NCBI GenBank assembly: GCA_019739225.1
Contig: JAHHDT010000006.1
Span: 189,823 to 253,822 of the forward strand
Length of the DNA: 64,000 bases
Reading direction: 5' to 3'
Origin: Aquamicrobium sp.
GTDB taxonomy: Bacteria > Pseudomonadota > Alphaproteobacteria > Rhizobiales > Rhizobiaceae
Shown here piece after piece: positions 27,952 to 38,365 of this stretch (its first letter is position 1; every line of letters starts with the position of its first letter). The translations under genes were made by a program, and so were the position numbers. Below the pieces are notes generated by a model. It made no database searches and was not told where the DNA came from. It was given only the letters and a program-made list of their open reading frames with translations.

Positions 27952-28581
27952 TCACTGCGCGCCGAGCAGGCGCTCCATGCGGCGGAAGCTTTCCGAGAGA
28001 ACGGTCGCGTCCTTCAGCGCATGGGCGAGCATGATGCCGCCCTGCCATTCGGCAAGGGCCGCGCGTGCCTGCGCGAGCGCCAGCGAAGGCCGCTGGCCTG
28101 TGCGGCCAAGCTCGCGCGCCATGAAGCCTATCAGCATGGTGAAGGACTCGGCCGCGCGGTCCGAGGCCTCCGGCGCATCGCCACGGAAGTCGCGGACGCA
28201 AAGCGCGATTGGGCAACCATGGGCGACACGGCTCGGCGCGCTGCGCGCGAGCCTGGAGACCAGCGCGGCGAGCCGCCGGCGGGGCTCCGCCTCATCCTCG
28301 GCTGTGGCCTGAAGCATCGCCTCCGTTTCCGCGCAGAACACGTCGGCAACGGCGCGGGCAATGTCGGCTTTCGTGCGGAAGTAGTAGAAAAGATTGCCCG
28401 GCGGCACATTTGCCGCCACGGCGATGCCGGCAAGGGTGGTGGCCGCATATCCCTCGCGCCAGAAGAGGCTTGCCGCTGCCGCCGCGATCGCCTCGCGATT
28501 GGCGTCGCCCTTGCGCCGCCGAGACTGCCCCTGCCCCGCCTCGGCCGCGGATGCCGCGGCTACGGCGCTTCGACCGCTCAC
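27952..28581 (-). CDS. TetR/AcrR family transcriptional regulator
   Basis: 209-aa ORF with the HTH region [44 protein letters not shown]. It overlaps the upstream gene by 4 nt. Confidence 0.88.
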   Translation of the reverse strand: MSGRSAVAAASAAEAGQGQSRRRKGDANREAIAAAAASLFWREGYAATTLAGIAVAANVPPGNLFYYFRTKADIARAVADVFCAETEAMLQATAEDEAEPRRRLAALVSRLARSAPSRVAHGCPIALCVRDFRGDAPEASDRAAESFTMLIGFMARELGRTGQRPSLALAQARAALAEWQGGIMLAHALKDATVLSESFRRMERLLGAQ

Positions 28582-28817
28582 CGGCCGGGCTCATCGTCGC
28601 CAAGCGGGCGCGCTTCGGAGGGCAGCATGATCGGGACGCCGTCGCGCACCGGATAGGCGAGCCTTGCTCCCGGCGAGATCAGTTCGTTCCTTTCTGCATC
28701 CCACCTCAGTGGCGCCTTGGTCAGCGGACAGGCCAGCATCTCGAGCAGCTTCGGATCGACCGCCCGCGTCGCAAGGTCCCTGCCTATCGGCTTGCGCTGG
28801 TCATCCGGTCCTCTCAT
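28578..28817 (-). CDS. Trm112/UPF0434 family protein
   Basis: 79-aa ORF; [47 protein letters not shown]. Confidence 0.88.
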   Translation of the reverse strand: MRGPDDQRKPIGRDLATRAVDPKLLEMLACPLTKAPLRWDAERNELISPGARLAYPVRDGVPIMLPSEARPLGDDEPGR

Positions 28818-29485
28818 TGCAGGCTAGATCCGAAATCCTCGTCGTCGCGGGCAAGCGCAATCTCCGTGATTGCGATCAGCGTCTCGGCGCGCGTCTTCAG
28901 GTCGGGCGCCTCCAGCAGGGCCTGCTTCTCGGCCGCACCATAAGGCGCCATCATCGACAACGCATTGACCAGCATCGCGTTTTCCGCGCGGCTGACGCTT
29001 TCCCAGTCCGCGTCGAGATCATTTGCCTTCAGATAGGCACGAAACGCCTTGAGCAGGGCCGGGCGGTCGATCTCCGCCGCTCCCGCCTCCAAATCCAGAT
29101 CGGCAATGAAGGACTTGATACGGCACTGACGGAACGGCGTCTTGACTGCCATCTCCGACAGAACCCGAAAGCGGCACACGCCCTGCAGCGAGATCAGATA
29201 ACGCCCATCACCGGTTTCGGCAAAGGACGTCAGACGGCCAAGGCAGCCTACTTCGCATAGTTCAGGCTCGCCATCATCGCGCAGCGCACCGTCGAGTCGC
29301 GGCTGCACCATGCCGACGAGCCGCTGGTGCGAAAGCGCATGGTCGACCATTTCGAGATAGCGCGGCTCGAAGATGTTGAGCGGCATGCGGCCGCCGGGGA
29401 GGAGGAGGGCAGCTTCGAGCGGAAACACCGGGATCGTCTCGGGAAGATCCCTTGCCGTTCGGTATCGCGCATTTCCGGCCTGCAC
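28814..29485 (-). CDS. LON substrate-binding (N-terminal) domain protein
   Basis: 223-aa ORF; [30 protein letters not shown] is the classic LON N-domain start. Confidence 0.85.
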   Translation of the reverse strand: MQAGNARYRTARDLPETIPVFPLEAALLLPGGRMPLNIFEPRYLEMVDHALSHQRLVGMVQPRLDGALRDDGEPELCEVGCLGRLTSFAETGDGRYLISLQGVCRFRVLSEMAVKTPFRQCRIKSFIADLDLEAGAAEIDRPALLKAFRAYLKANDLDADWESVSRAENAMLVNALSMMAPYGAAEKQALLEAPDLKTRAETLIAITEIALARDDEDFGSSLQ

Positions 29486-29532
29486 CTATCGTTCTCCCTG
29501 TCTTACCGTGCCGCCGCACGGCCATTTGACGC

Positions 29533-30492
29533 TCAGGAAAACAGCAGCGACGAGAGCTTGCGCCGCGCCGCGAGCGTCGCTTCGTCCGCCATGCCCCATG
29601 CCTCGAAGAATTTCAGCAGTTGGAGGCGCGCTCCGTCGTCGTTCCAGCTCCGGTCTGCCTTCATGATTGCCAGCAGCGCGTCGGCCGCCTCGTCGCGGCG
29701 GTCGTGCGCGTTGTGAATGAGGGCGAGGTCGAAGCGTGCCTGATGGTCGTTCGGGTTGGCGGCCAGGCGCTGTTCCAGCGCCGCGGCGTCGCCGAGCGCG
29801 GCTACCTGCTCGGCCAGCGCCAGCTTGGCGCGCACGCCGGCAAGCTGCGGCGCGTCGGCGGCCGCCTCTGGCACCCGTGCCAGCACCTCGCGTGCGGTAT
29901 CCGCGTCGCCGCTATCGAACAGCATGTCGGCAAGGCCGGCAATGGCGTCGAGGTTTTCCGGCTCTTGCTGGAGGATCGCGGCATAAATCTGGGCGGCGCC
30001 CTGGACATCGCCCTCAGCGCGCACTTCGGCGGCGGCGGCCAACGCGTCGGCGGTGGCCTGACCGGCGTCGGCACCGGCGACCTTGTCGATGAATTCGCGG
30101 ATCTTGCTTTCGGGGATGGCGCCCATGAAGCCGTCGACGGGCTGGCCATCACGGAACGCGATCACCGCGGGGATCGACTGGATCCCAAGCTGGCCGGCGA
30201 TCGACGGATGCTCGTCGATATTCATCTTGACGAGCTTGACCCGCCCTCCGGCTTCCCGCACCGCCTTTTCCAGCGCCGGCGCGAGCTGCTTGCAAGGGCC
30301 GCACCAAGGTGCCCAGAAATCGACGAGAACGGGCTGCTGTCGCGATTCCTGGATCACGTCGGCTGTAAATTGCGCCGTCGTAGTGTCCTTGATCTCGAAA
30401 CCGGTGTCGGCCTGGCCACCGGCATCGTCCGCCGCGCCATTGCCGAATTGAACGGCATAGCCGCCACCGAAGGGATTGTCCTGAACGCTCAT
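29533..30492 (-). CDS. Thioredoxin-domain protein with TPR-like C-terminus (YbbN/CnoX type)
   Basis: 319-aa ORF. It has the VLVDFWAPWCGPCKQL active-site motif and a helical repeat C-terminal half. Confidence 0.9.
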   Translation of the reverse strand: MSVQDNPFGGGYAVQFGNGAADDAGGQADTGFEIKDTTTAQFTADVIQESRQQPVLVDFWAPWCGPCKQLAPALEKAVREAGGRVKLVKMNIDEHPSIAGQLGIQSIPAVIAFRDGQPVDGFMGAIPESKIREFIDKVAGADAGQATADALAAAAEVRAEGDVQGAAQIYAAILQQEPENLDAIAGLADMLFDSGDADTAREVLARVPEAAADAPQLAGVRAKLALAEQVAALGDAAALEQRLAANPNDHQARFDLALIHNAHDRRDEAADALLAIMKADRSWNDDGARLQLLKFFEAWGMADEATLAARRKLSSLLFS

Positions 30493-30579
30493 CGCAAATC
30501 CTTGCTTTGCCGCCTTTCCGTCAACGCTGTAAACCCAAGCTTGCTGCCGGTCGAGTGGCGATGACCGGAAATGTGGCGT

Positions 30580-31077
30580 CTAGACCGAGAGTTTCAAGAC
30601 GAGCGGTTCATGTCCGGTGGCCTCGATGAAGCGCAGCAGGTCGTCGCGGCCGATCGATGTCGTCGCCTCGTTGGTGAGTGGGTGCGCGTTGATGACGTCA
30701 TGGCGCATCAGCGCCTCGTCGAGCACGATCGTCACATTGTGCGCGGTGTCGTTGAAGACTCCGAATGCAGTCACCGCGCCCGGCGTGACGCCGAGATAGT
30801 CGAGCAGCTTCTCCGGCTTGCCGAAGGATACGCGGCCCGAAGCGCCTATGACCTGATGGATCGTCTTCAGATCGACTTCGGCATCCTCCTCGACCGTGAG
30901 CAGGAAATATCTTTCTTTCTTGTCCCTGAGGAACAGGTTCTTCGTGTGGCCACCTGGAATCTCGCCGCGCAACGCCTGCGAATCCGCCACGGTGAAGAGC
31001 GGCGGGTGCGTCACGGTCTTCACTGCGATGCCGATTTCGGCGAGAAATGCGAGGAGATCGTCCGGGGTCTTGGGCAT
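30580..31077 (-). CDS. Prolyl-tRNA-synthetase-associated (YbaK/ProX-like) deacylase domain protein
   Basis: 165-aa ORF; GGHTKNLFLRDKKERYFLL...LGVTPGAVTAFG pattern. Confidence 0.82.
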   Translation of the reverse strand: MPKTPDDLLAFLAEIGIAVKTVTHPPLFTVADSQALRGEIPGGHTKNLFLRDKKERYFLLTVEEDAEVDLKTIHQVIGASGRVSFGKPEKLLDYLGVTPGAVTAFGVFNDTAHNVTIVLDEALMRHDVINAHPLTNEATTSIGRDDLLRFIEATGHEPLVLKLSV

Positions 31078-31202
31078 GGGTACGGGCGCCTGTGAACGTG
31101 CCTGCCGTGCTTAGCCGAGGCGGCACGGAGCCGTCCAGTGCATGGTTTGCCTTCCGTCGGGAGCACGCAGGGCGAAGCCGTCGAAATTCGCAGTTTTGCC
31201 TG

Positions 31203-31231
31203 TTGCAATCGCAAGCGAGTTCGGTCATATA
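31203..31231 (+). promoter_or_regulatory. Candidate sigma70-type promoter for tRNA-Gly
   Basis: ttgcaa (31203-31208), a 17-nt spacer, then catata (31226-31231), about 29 nt upstream of the tRNA 5' end. Confidence 0.3.
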
Positions 31232-31259
31232 GGCGCGGCTTGCGGCGAGAGCCGCGTGA

Positions 31260-31334
31260 GCGGGTGTAGCTCAGGGGTAGAGCACAACCTTGCCAAGGTT
31301 GGGGTCGAGCGTTCGAATCGCTTCACCCGCTCCA
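31260..31334 (+). tRNA. tRNA-Gly (anticodon GCC)
   Basis: gcgggtgtagctcaggggtagagcacaaccttGCCaaggttggggtcgagcgttcgaatcgcttcacccgctcca folds by hand into a cloverleaf. It has a 7-bp acceptor stem, a GCC anticodon in a 7-nt loop, a TTCGAAT T-loop and an encoded CCA. Confidence 0.93.
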
Positions 31335-31349
31335 AATCATCTAACATCG

Positions 31350-31383
31350 AAAAGCCGCGGTTCGCCGCGGCTTTCGTGTTTTC
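31350..31383 (+). terminator. Rho-independent terminator after tRNA-Gly
   Basis: agccgcgg-ttcg-ccgcggct stem-loop followed by ttcgtgtttt. Confidence 0.75.
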
Positions 31384-31586
31384 CGGGTGGTTGAATCACC
31401 CGGCGCGGTTACATGCGGGCTTGCATTCTTCTGCGTACCGCTTTGCTTCCGTCGTACGGATCATCGGTTGCGCATCGGAGAGCCGCAGCGAGCGCCGGAA
31501 CTACCTGATCGTTCCGGCAGACGCGGACCTCCCGACTTGTTATGTCCGTTCACGGCGCAGACGAGGTATGTGCGGCGCAGCCGGGC

Positions 31587-31997
31587 TCAGGGGTGGCTGG
31601 CGTTTCCCGTGCCGGCGAGCGAGGCGGCGATTATATTTGCCAGTAGCGGCGGCGGGGTTGGTTTGGAAAAAACGCGCAGGCTGGGATACAGCCGCTGAAG
31701 CTCCGGCGTGAGGCCCGCCCCGGTATGGACCAGAAAAACGATCTCCCTGGCAGCCAGCGCCGCGATGACCGGGCCGACATCGCCATCGGGAAGATTAACG
31801 TCAAGTATCGCAGCTTCGACGGTCTGCTTGTCGAGCAACTGCAAGGCTTCCCTTACAGTCGACGCTGGTCCGACCACCGTGCCGCCGGAACTTTCGATCG
31901 CATCGGCCAGGTCGAATGCGATGAACGGCTCGTCCTCGACGATGAGTACTTGCCGGCGATCGAGGGCCGTTGCAGCTAAGGTGTCAGATTCTCTCAT
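31587..31997 (-). CDS. Single-domain response regulator (CheY-like receiver)
   Basis: 136-aa ORF; VLIVEDEPFIAFDLADAIE...AILDVNLPDG...FSKP. It lies directly downstream of the HWE kinase. Confidence 0.88.
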   Translation of the reverse strand: MRESDTLAATALDRRQVLIVEDEPFIAFDLADAIESSGGTVVGPASTVREALQLLDKQTVEAAILDVNLPDGDVGPVIAALAAREIVFLVHTGAGLTPELQRLYPSLRVFSKPTPPPLLANIIAASLAGTGNASHP

Positions 31998-32031
31998 TGC
32001 TCTGCTTTATGTCAAATTCTTTACAATACAG

Positions 32032-33942
32032 TCAACGCCCCAACTCGCTGACCGGCAGGTTGAAAGAGATTTCGACGCCTGTGGCGCGCCAATCGTAGCT
32101 GATTTCCCCCCTGAGCTGTCCTGTCACGCTGGAATTGGCCAGCTTGCTTCCGAATCCGTTGGATTGCGGCGGGAGGATCGTCCTGTCCGGGACGAATTCC
32201 TGCCATTTCAACTGGAGTTGGCTTCCAACGACTTCCCATGTGATCGAAACCCTGCCTTCGAAGGCGCTCAGGGCTCCATATTTTGCGGCATTGGTCGCGA
32301 GCTCGTGAAAGATCAGCGCGAGGCTGGTCGAAGCGTCGGTTCCGAGCCAGATCTCGGGTCCGTTCACTGAAAGTTGCCGTCCATCGCTCGCATCGACATG
32401 CGGCTTGATGACCTCTTCTACGAGCGCGCGCAGCGACGACTTGTGGGACCTGTCTCCTTCGGTCGTGATCGCGGAACGGATCAGCTCATGCGCCTTGGCT
32501 AGAGCTCCGAGCCTGCCCCGCAGCCTGTCGCCCATCTCCTTGACCGAAGGCGCGGTGCGGGCAGTCATCGTGATCATGCCGGATGCGATCGCAAACAAGT
32601 TCTTGATCCTGTGGTTCATTTCCCGAAGCAGGAGCTGGCGGTGTTCTTCCGCTTCCTTCAGATCATGAATGTCAGTGCATGATCCGAACCAGCGGACAAT
32701 CTCTCCCCGGTCGTTCCTGATGCATTGCGCGCGGCCGATGACCCAGCGGTACTGACCCGAGTGGTGCCTGAGGCGATACTCGATGTGGTAAGGCTCGCCG
32801 GTGGCAAGGCTGTGGCGCCATACCTGCCATGCGCGCTCCTGATCTTCCGGATGGAACATGCCGTTCCACGCCTCCCCGTCGGTCGAGCCGTAGGGAACCC
32901 CGGTATATTCGTACCAGCGATCATTGTAGTAGTCATGAAACCCGTCCGGTCGGGTCGACCAGAGCATCTGGTCAATCGAATTGACCATCGCTTCGTATTT
33001 CGCCTCGCTCGCCTGAAGTGCGGCTTCAGCGCGCGCGGCATCGGTGACATCCGTTGCCTGCACGAAGACGCCGCTGCGGACGCCCGCGAGATTGGTGAGC
33101 GGCTGATAGACGAAGTCGATGAGGCGCTCTTCCAGGAGCCCGTCGGAGCGGCGCGACAGGGAAATCGGAACGGCGCGTCCGACATGCGGTTCCCCAGTTC
33201 TGAAGACGTGGTCGAGAAGCTGGATGAACCCCTGAGCGGCTACCTCTGGAAGGACCTCGGCAACGGATTTTCCAACGATGTTCGTACGGCCCACCAGTTC
33301 CTCGTAGGCCGCATTCACGACTTCGAAAACGTGGTTGGGCCCGCCGAGAACCGCTACGGCGCTCGGCGCCTGTGCGAACATGTGGCCAAGCCGCTCGACC
33401 TCTGCCTCCGCCTGCCGCCGCGCAAGCACGGCGCCGGTGGTCTCGTTGCCCTGATTGAAGACGCCGACGACGGTACCGTCTTCGCCGCGAATGGGGGTGA
33501 AGCTGTAGTTCCAGTAGGTCTCATGCCGGACACCGTTGCGGACCATCGGCAGCATCTGATCGAAGACCGAGAACCCTTCGCCCGTTTCCAGCACGTGCGC
33601 GAATTGCGGCCCCACAACGTCCCAGATGTCGGACCAGACTTCGGCAGCCGGACGGCCGAGGGCCCAAGGATGCCGCTCGGCAGGGATCGGCGCCCACGCA
33701 TCGTTATACAGGAGGCGCAGTTCCGGACCCCAATAGATCGATGTCGGAAAGCTCGAATGAAGGCAGATCGAAAGGGCGGAACGCAAGGACTGCGGCCAGG
33801 TCGCGGGGCGGCCCAGCGGGGTGGCTTGCCAATCATGGGACCGAATGAGATTGCCCAGTTCGCCGCCTCCCGACAGGAACGAAACCGGATCGGCCGAATT
33901 CAACTCAGAGAGCATATAGTGTCGTCGCCTTGTCTCCGGCAC
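32032..33942 (-). CDS. Multi-PAS sensor histidine kinase, HWE/HisKA_2 type, cytoplasmic
   Basis: 636-aa ORF with about three PAS-like segments and an H-box EMNHRIKNLFAIASGMI. The ATPase region is HELATNAAKYGALS...GFGSKL. No TM helices are evident. An alternative start is the ATG at 33915. Confidence 0.9.
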   Translation of the reverse strand: MPETRRRHYMLSELNSADPVSFLSGGGELGNLIRSHDWQATPLGRPATWPQSLRSALSICLHSSFPTSIYWGPELRLLYNDAWAPIPAERHPWALGRPAAEVWSDIWDVVGPQFAHVLETGEGFSVFDQMLPMVRNGVRHETYWNYSFTPIRGEDGTVVGVFNQGNETTGAVLARRQAEAEVERLGHMFAQAPSAVAVLGGPNHVFEVVNAAYEELVGRTNIVGKSVAEVLPEVAAQGFIQLLDHVFRTGEPHVGRAVPISLSRRSDGLLEERLIDFVYQPLTNLAGVRSGVFVQATDVTDAARAEAALQASEAKYEAMVNSIDQMLWSTRPDGFHDYYNDRWYEYTGVPYGSTDGEAWNGMFHPEDQERAWQVWRHSLATGEPYHIEYRLRHHSGQYRWVIGRAQCIRNDRGEIVRWFGSCTDIHDLKEAEEHRQLLLREMNHRIKNLFAIASGMITMTARTAPSVKEMGDRLRGRLGALAKAHELIRSAITTEGDRSHKSSLRALVEEVIKPHVDASDGRQLSVNGPEIWLGTDASTSLALIFHELATNAAKYGALSAFEGRVSITWEVVGSQLQLKWQEFVPDRTILPPQSNGFGSKLANSSVTGQLRGEISYDWRATGVEISFNLPVSELGR

Positions 33943-34366
33943 ATAACCGGCAGGGCCCGGGTTCCGGGCAGTCGATGGTCAATTGTGAAATGTGCGAAGG
34001 CAATTGCAATCAGCCACACAATAGTTAGCCCCGCGAACGGATTGCAACCGTTCGAACGGCACAAGGGGTAGGATGCGACCTGGTTGACGGTAGCTCGTGA
34101 CGGGATAGACGGGCGGCTCGCGGACATGGACTATCGCTCGCCAGCCGCTTTCTTGCCGCCGACACCGGGCGGACCTTTCCGCCGGCCAAAGGGCGGCGGT
34201 TTCCTGGGGACAGGCGGCACCTCATCGCGTCGCCCAAGTGGCGACCGTCTTCGCACGACCTGAGGCTTGGCCGGGCTCAGTTCTGCGAACAAACTGCGCA
34301 GATAAGAGAACATGCTGGCCTCCATCGAATGGAGGCCAACGCAAAGTAGCAGCGAAGAGTTCCAAT

Positions 34367-34660
34367 TCAGGCTTCGATCCGTTCCACCTGCTCGATACGT
34401 GGCGCGTCGGGCAGCGGGCCTTCCAGCAGGAAACCACGGCGTCGCGCATAGGCGACAAACACGTCGTGAGCTTCCTGTGCAGAGCACCGCCCCGTCATTG
34501 CATCGCGGCAGGCGTCGCAGGTTGCGTGATAGACCTCGTCACGTTGAAGGGTCGGAACGTCTTCGAGATATACGAATGCCTCGCGCACATTGTTTATCGA
34601 TCGCGGCACCCCCAGCCCAACAAGCACTGTGACTGGATGCATAAAAGCGCCTTTGGTCAT
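34367..34660 (-). CDS. DUF982 domain protein
   Basis: 97-aa ORF. PVTVLVGLGVPRSINNVREAFVYLEDVP...YHATCDACRDAMTGRCSAQEAHDVFVAYARRRGFLL matches the DUF982 pattern common in rhizobia. Confidence 0.7.
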   Translation of the reverse strand: MTKGAFMHPVTVLVGLGVPRSINNVREAFVYLEDVPTLQRDEVYHATCDACRDAMTGRCSAQEAHDVFVAYARRRGFLLEGPLPDAPRIEQVERIEA

Positions 34661-35083
34661 TGTAAGTCCTGCCTACCAGAATTCGTCCGACGGCAGCCGT
34701 ATGTGTGGCAGCGCATTTAAACCCCCGTTCGGACAAAAGGTTCCCGCTTGATCGCCCCCTGTCGGCCAAGCGGTAGACCGCCGAAGCCAGGCGGGCGCGA
34801 ACTGAAGATGGAGTCTGGGCAATGGCTCGCCAAATGACAGGTGGAAAATCTGCTTATTGCCTGCGCGGCGGTCGGAACCGGGACCACCAGAACAGATGAC
34901 GCTCATTCGCCGATTTGGTCGCAAGTCGCACATTCGAGCATGTTCGACCGACTTTCAGCAGTCAGGCGCGAAAGCTCCGGTCCTGTCGCCTCGTAGACGG
35001 CCTCCACGGTCGTGGTCGAGCGGGCCTGGCGCGGAGGGATTACGGGAATTCTGTACGTGGATGTTCCCTTTTTCGATGCGCTA

Positions 35084-36022
35084 ATGCGATATTCGCCCGA
35101 GCTGTGTTGCGAAGCGAGGAACGCGGAATTGGACATCGAAGATCTACAGACATTCGTCGCGGTGGCCGATGCTGGCGGCGTGTCGGCCGCCGCGCGCCGT
35201 CTCGGCATCTCGAAATCGATCGTCAGTCGGCGGCTTTTCCGGATTGAGGCGGAGCTGGGTGTCCAGCTTCTCGCCCGCACGACCCGCGGCGCCGCCCTGA
35301 CCGAGGCAGGCGCGTTGTTTCGAGACCATGCCGCCAGGGTGGGCGCCGAGATCGATCTGGCCAGGGAAACGATCCTTCCGGAGGGTGCGCTTCGCGGCCG
35401 CCTGCGCGTTGCCATGCCGCTGTCCTTCGGCCCCACGCACTTCGCACCCGTGCTTGTCGAGATGGCGCGACGACACCCCCGGCTGCATATCCACAGCTCC
35501 TACAGCGATCGCTTCGTCGACCTCATCGCCGAGGGTTTCGACTGCGCGATCCGGGTGGGCTATCTTCAGGACTCCAACCTGCTGGCGCGACGCATCGGGC
35601 CGGTCAACGGAAGGATCGTCGCGAGCCCGGACTATATCAAGGCGCACGGTGCTCCAGAAACGCCGGAGGAGGTCGTCCATCACGAGGCGGTCATGCAGGG
35701 AACCGAAACCTGGCAACTGACGGACGGCGGCAGGATCGTCACGGTTCAGCCTCAGGGGCGGTTCAAGGCAGACAACGGCACGGCGATCACGGTCGCCGCG
35801 ATTGCGGGGCTGGGCATCGCATGGCTGCCCGATTGCCTGACCCACGAGCACATCGCCTCCGGAGCGCTCGTTGCGATCATGGCCGGCTATCCCCCGCCGC
35901 CCGCGGGGGCCTATCTGGTTCGCCCGCCGGGACAGCATCCGGCGCGCAAGATCAGGATACTGACCGATATGCTGATCGAGCATTTCGAGCGCAATCCACA
36001 ACTCTGGGGACTCGACCGGTGA
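35084..36022 (+). CDS. LysR family transcriptional regulator
   Basis: Within ORF 35012..36022, with the HTH LQTFVAVADAGGVSAAARRLGISKSIVSRRLFRIEAELGVQLL. A TTG at about 35129 behind gagga is an alternative start. Confidence 0.88.
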   Translation: MRYSPELCCEARNAELDIEDLQTFVAVADAGGVSAAARRLGISKSIVSRRLFRIEAELGVQLLARTTRGAALTEAGALFRDHAARVGAEIDLARETILPEGALRGRLRVAMPLSFGPTHFAPVLVEMARRHPRLHIHSSYSDRFVDLIAEGFDCAIRVGYLQDSNLLARRIGPVNGRIVASPDYIKAHGAPETPEEVVHHEAVMQGTETWQLTDGGRIVTVQPQGRFKADNGTAITVAAIAGLGIAWLPDCLTHEHIASGALVAIMAGYPPPPAGAYLVRPPGQHPARKIRILTDMLIEHFERNPQLWGLDR

Positions 36023-36186
36023 GAAACCCCGGCTGACCCCGCACGACTTTCGGGGCGCTCCGGTTCGGCAGGCAGCCGCATTCCTGCAGTCCAGCCGGAC
36101 AATCGCGATTGGATCGGAGCACGTTTCCGGCTTTACTGTGAAGCGGCGGAGGCATTTGCCGTCGTTTGGCGAAGGTATGGGTGAGG

Positions 36187-37797
36187 ATGAGCGTTTCGAA
36201 CCGGCTGGATCTTGGTGTTTTCGACTACGTGATCGTCGGGGCGGGTTCGTCCGGATGCGTGCTGGCGAACCGGCTGAGCGCGGATCCCGGCAAGCGCGTG
36301 CTGCTGCTGGAGGCCGGCGGTTCCGACAATTATCACTGGATCCACATTCCCGTCGGCTATCTCTACTGCATGGGCAATCCGCGCACCGACTGGGGCTACT
36401 CCACGGTCAAGGAGACGGGGCTGAACGGACGTTCGCTTGCCTATCCGCGCGGCAAGGTGATGGGCGGATGCTCGTCGATCAACGGCATGATCTACATGCG
36501 CGGCCAGGCGGCCGACTACGACCACTGGCGCCAGCTCGGCAATCCCGGCTGGGGCTGGGACGACGTGCTGCCCTTGTTTCGCAAATCGGAGAACCACCAC
36601 GCGTCCGGCGCGCCGTTTCACGGACAGGACGGTGAGCTCAGGGTCGAGCGCCAGCGGCTTTCTTGGCCAATACTCGACGCCGTGCGGGAGGCGGCCGAGG
36701 AGCTGGGCGTGCCGCAGGTGGACGATTTCAATGGAGGAGACAATTTCGGGTCGTCCTATTTCGAGGTGAACCAGAAGGCGGGCCTGCGTTTCAACGCCGT
36801 GCGCGCGTTCATCCGCCCGGTGCGGCACCGCCGGAACCTGACGGTGATGCCGCATGCGCAGGCCGAGCGCATCGTCTTCGACGGGCCGCGCGCCAAGGGC
36901 GTCGAACTCAGGCTCGGCGGGAAGCCTGCGCGGGTGCATGCTTCCGGCGAGGTCATCCTCTCCGCGGGCGCGATCGGCACGCCTCAGCTCCTTCAGCTTT
37001 CAGGGCTCGGCGCGGGCTGGCTGCTGCAGGCGCACGGCATTCCGGTCGTGCGCGATATGCCGGGGGTGGGTGAAAACCTGCAGGACCACCTGCAAATCCG
37101 CACCGCGTTCAGGATCACCGGCGCGAGAACGCTCAATGAGCGGCAGTCCACGCTTGCCGGCAAGGCGCGCATCGCGCTGGAATATGCGTTCAGGCGCTCG
37201 GGGCCGATGTCGATGGCGCCGAGCCAGCTCGGCATCTTCATGAAATCGGACACGATGTTCGACACGCCCAACATCGAGTTCCACGTGCAGCCGCTTTCGC
37301 TGGAGGCATTCGGGCAACCGCTCCACGATTTTCCCGCCATCACCGTCTCGGTGTGCAATCTCAGACCGCAATCGCGCGGTTCCGTGAAGATCGTGTCGCC
37401 CGACTTCGACAAGCATCCGGAGATCGCGCCGAACTATCTGTCGACCGATGGCGACCGCCAGGTGGCTGCCGACTCGATCAAGGCCGCGCGCCGGCTCATG
37501 GCCACGCGGCGCATGGCCGAATACCAGCCGGAGGAATTCAAGCCGGGCACGGCCATCCAGACGCCCGAGGAACTGGCGCGCGCCGCGGGCGATATAGCCA
37601 CGACCATCTTCCACCCGGTCGGCACGGCGCGGATGGGAACGGACGAGCTTGCCGTCGTCGATCCCCAGTTGCGCGTTCGGGGCGTCGAGGGTTTGCGGGT
37701 CGTCGACTGCTCCATCATGCCGACGATCGTGTCCGGTAACACCCATGCGCCAGCCGTCATGATCGCGGAGAAGGCCGCGCAGATGATCGTCGCCTGA
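36187..37797 (+). CDS. GMC family oxidoreductase (choline/alcohol dehydrogenase-like)
   Basis: ATG at 36187 in ORF 36166..37797; FDYVIVGAGSSGCVLANRLS...GGCSSINGMIYMRG...HPVGTARMG. Confidence 0.92.
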   Translation: MSVSNRLDLGVFDYVIVGAGSSGCVLANRLSADPGKRVLLLEAGGSDNYHWIHIPVGYLYCMGNPRTDWGYSTVKETGLNGRSLAYPRGKVMGGCSSINGMIYMRGQAADYDHWRQLGNPGWGWDDVLPLFRKSENHHASGAPFHGQDGELRVERQRLSWPILDAVREAAEELGVPQVDDFNGGDNFGSSYFEVNQKAGLRFNAVRAFIRPVRHRRNLTVMPHAQAERIVFDGPRAKGVELRLGGKPARVHASGEVILSAGAIGTPQLLQLSGLGAGWLLQAHGIPVVRDMPGVGENLQDHLQIRTAFRITGARTLNERQSTLAGKARIALEYAFRRSGPMSMAPSQLGIFMKSDTMFDTPNIEFHVQPLSLEAFGQPLHDFPAITVSVCNLRPQSRGSVKIVSPDFDKHPEIAPNYLSTDGDRQVAADSIKAARRLMATRRMAEYQPEEFKPGTAIQTPEELARAAGDIATTIFHPVGTARMGTDELAVVDPQLRVRGVEGLRVVDCSIMPTIVSGNTHAPAVMIAEKAAQMIVA

Positions 37798-38047
37798 CCG
37801 AGGACGCCTGAGAGCCGCATCTGTCCGCCCGCCCGCCAAGTTGATCTGCCTACCCGCCAACTAAAGTTGGCTGGCGGCCTTGCCGCGGACACAATCCATC
37901 CCTATATCCAGTCAATCGATCTTGTTGATGAACTTTGTTTCCGCGCCTTCGCGCTCCGACGATCTTCCCTCTCAATTTCGAAGACTGCGGCGTTTGGCAT
38001 CCGGTCAGGCGTCGGTGATCTGTGCCGATTTGAAAAGGAAAATCGAT

Positions 38048-38257
38048 ATGGCTACGGGAACCGTAAAATTCTTCAACTCCACCAAGGGCTTTGGCTTTAT
38101 CGAGCAGGACGGCGGCCAGCCGGACGTGTTCGTGCATATCTCCGCAGTCGAGCGGGCCGGCATGACCACGCTTGTCGAAGGCCAGAAGCTCAGCTTTGAG
38201 GTTGTCAAGGACAACCGCAACGGCAAGAGCGCAGCCGAGAACCTTCAGGCTGCATAA
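38048..38257 (+). CDS. cspA: Cold-shock protein CspA family
   Basis: 69 aa [34 protein letters not shown] (RNP1/RNP2 motifs), preceded by a long AT-richer leader. Confidence 0.95.
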   Translation: MATGTVKFFNSTKGFGFIEQDGGQPDVFVHISAVERAGMTTLVEGQKLSFEVVKDNRNGKSAAENLQAA

Positions 38258-38322
38258 GGAATAGCGTTTCTGGTCTTTGACCACGGATGTACTGGCACTG
38301 GCCATCGAGACGCTCAGGAGAA

Positions 38323-38346
38323 GGTCGGGAATTCCCGGCCTTTTTC
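38323..38346 (+). terminator. Rho-independent terminator after cspA
   Basis: ggtcggga-at-tcccggcc stem (one mismatch) followed by ttttt. Confidence 0.6.
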
Positions 38347-38365
38347 ACTTTGAGGAGACACGATC

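Noticed and set aside
34131-34487. 118-aa ORF, or a shorter 60-aa Lys/Arg/Pro-rich version from ATG 34325/34313
   Set aside because: It has no ribosome-binding site and a low-complexity basic sequence, and it overlaps the end of the DUF982 gene in its long form. The evidence is insufficient to call it.
37798-38047. Long AT-richer leader upstream of cspA as a novel regulatory RNA
   Set aside because: Long structured 5' UTRs are a known property of cold-shock genes. Nothing in the sequence goes beyond that expectation.
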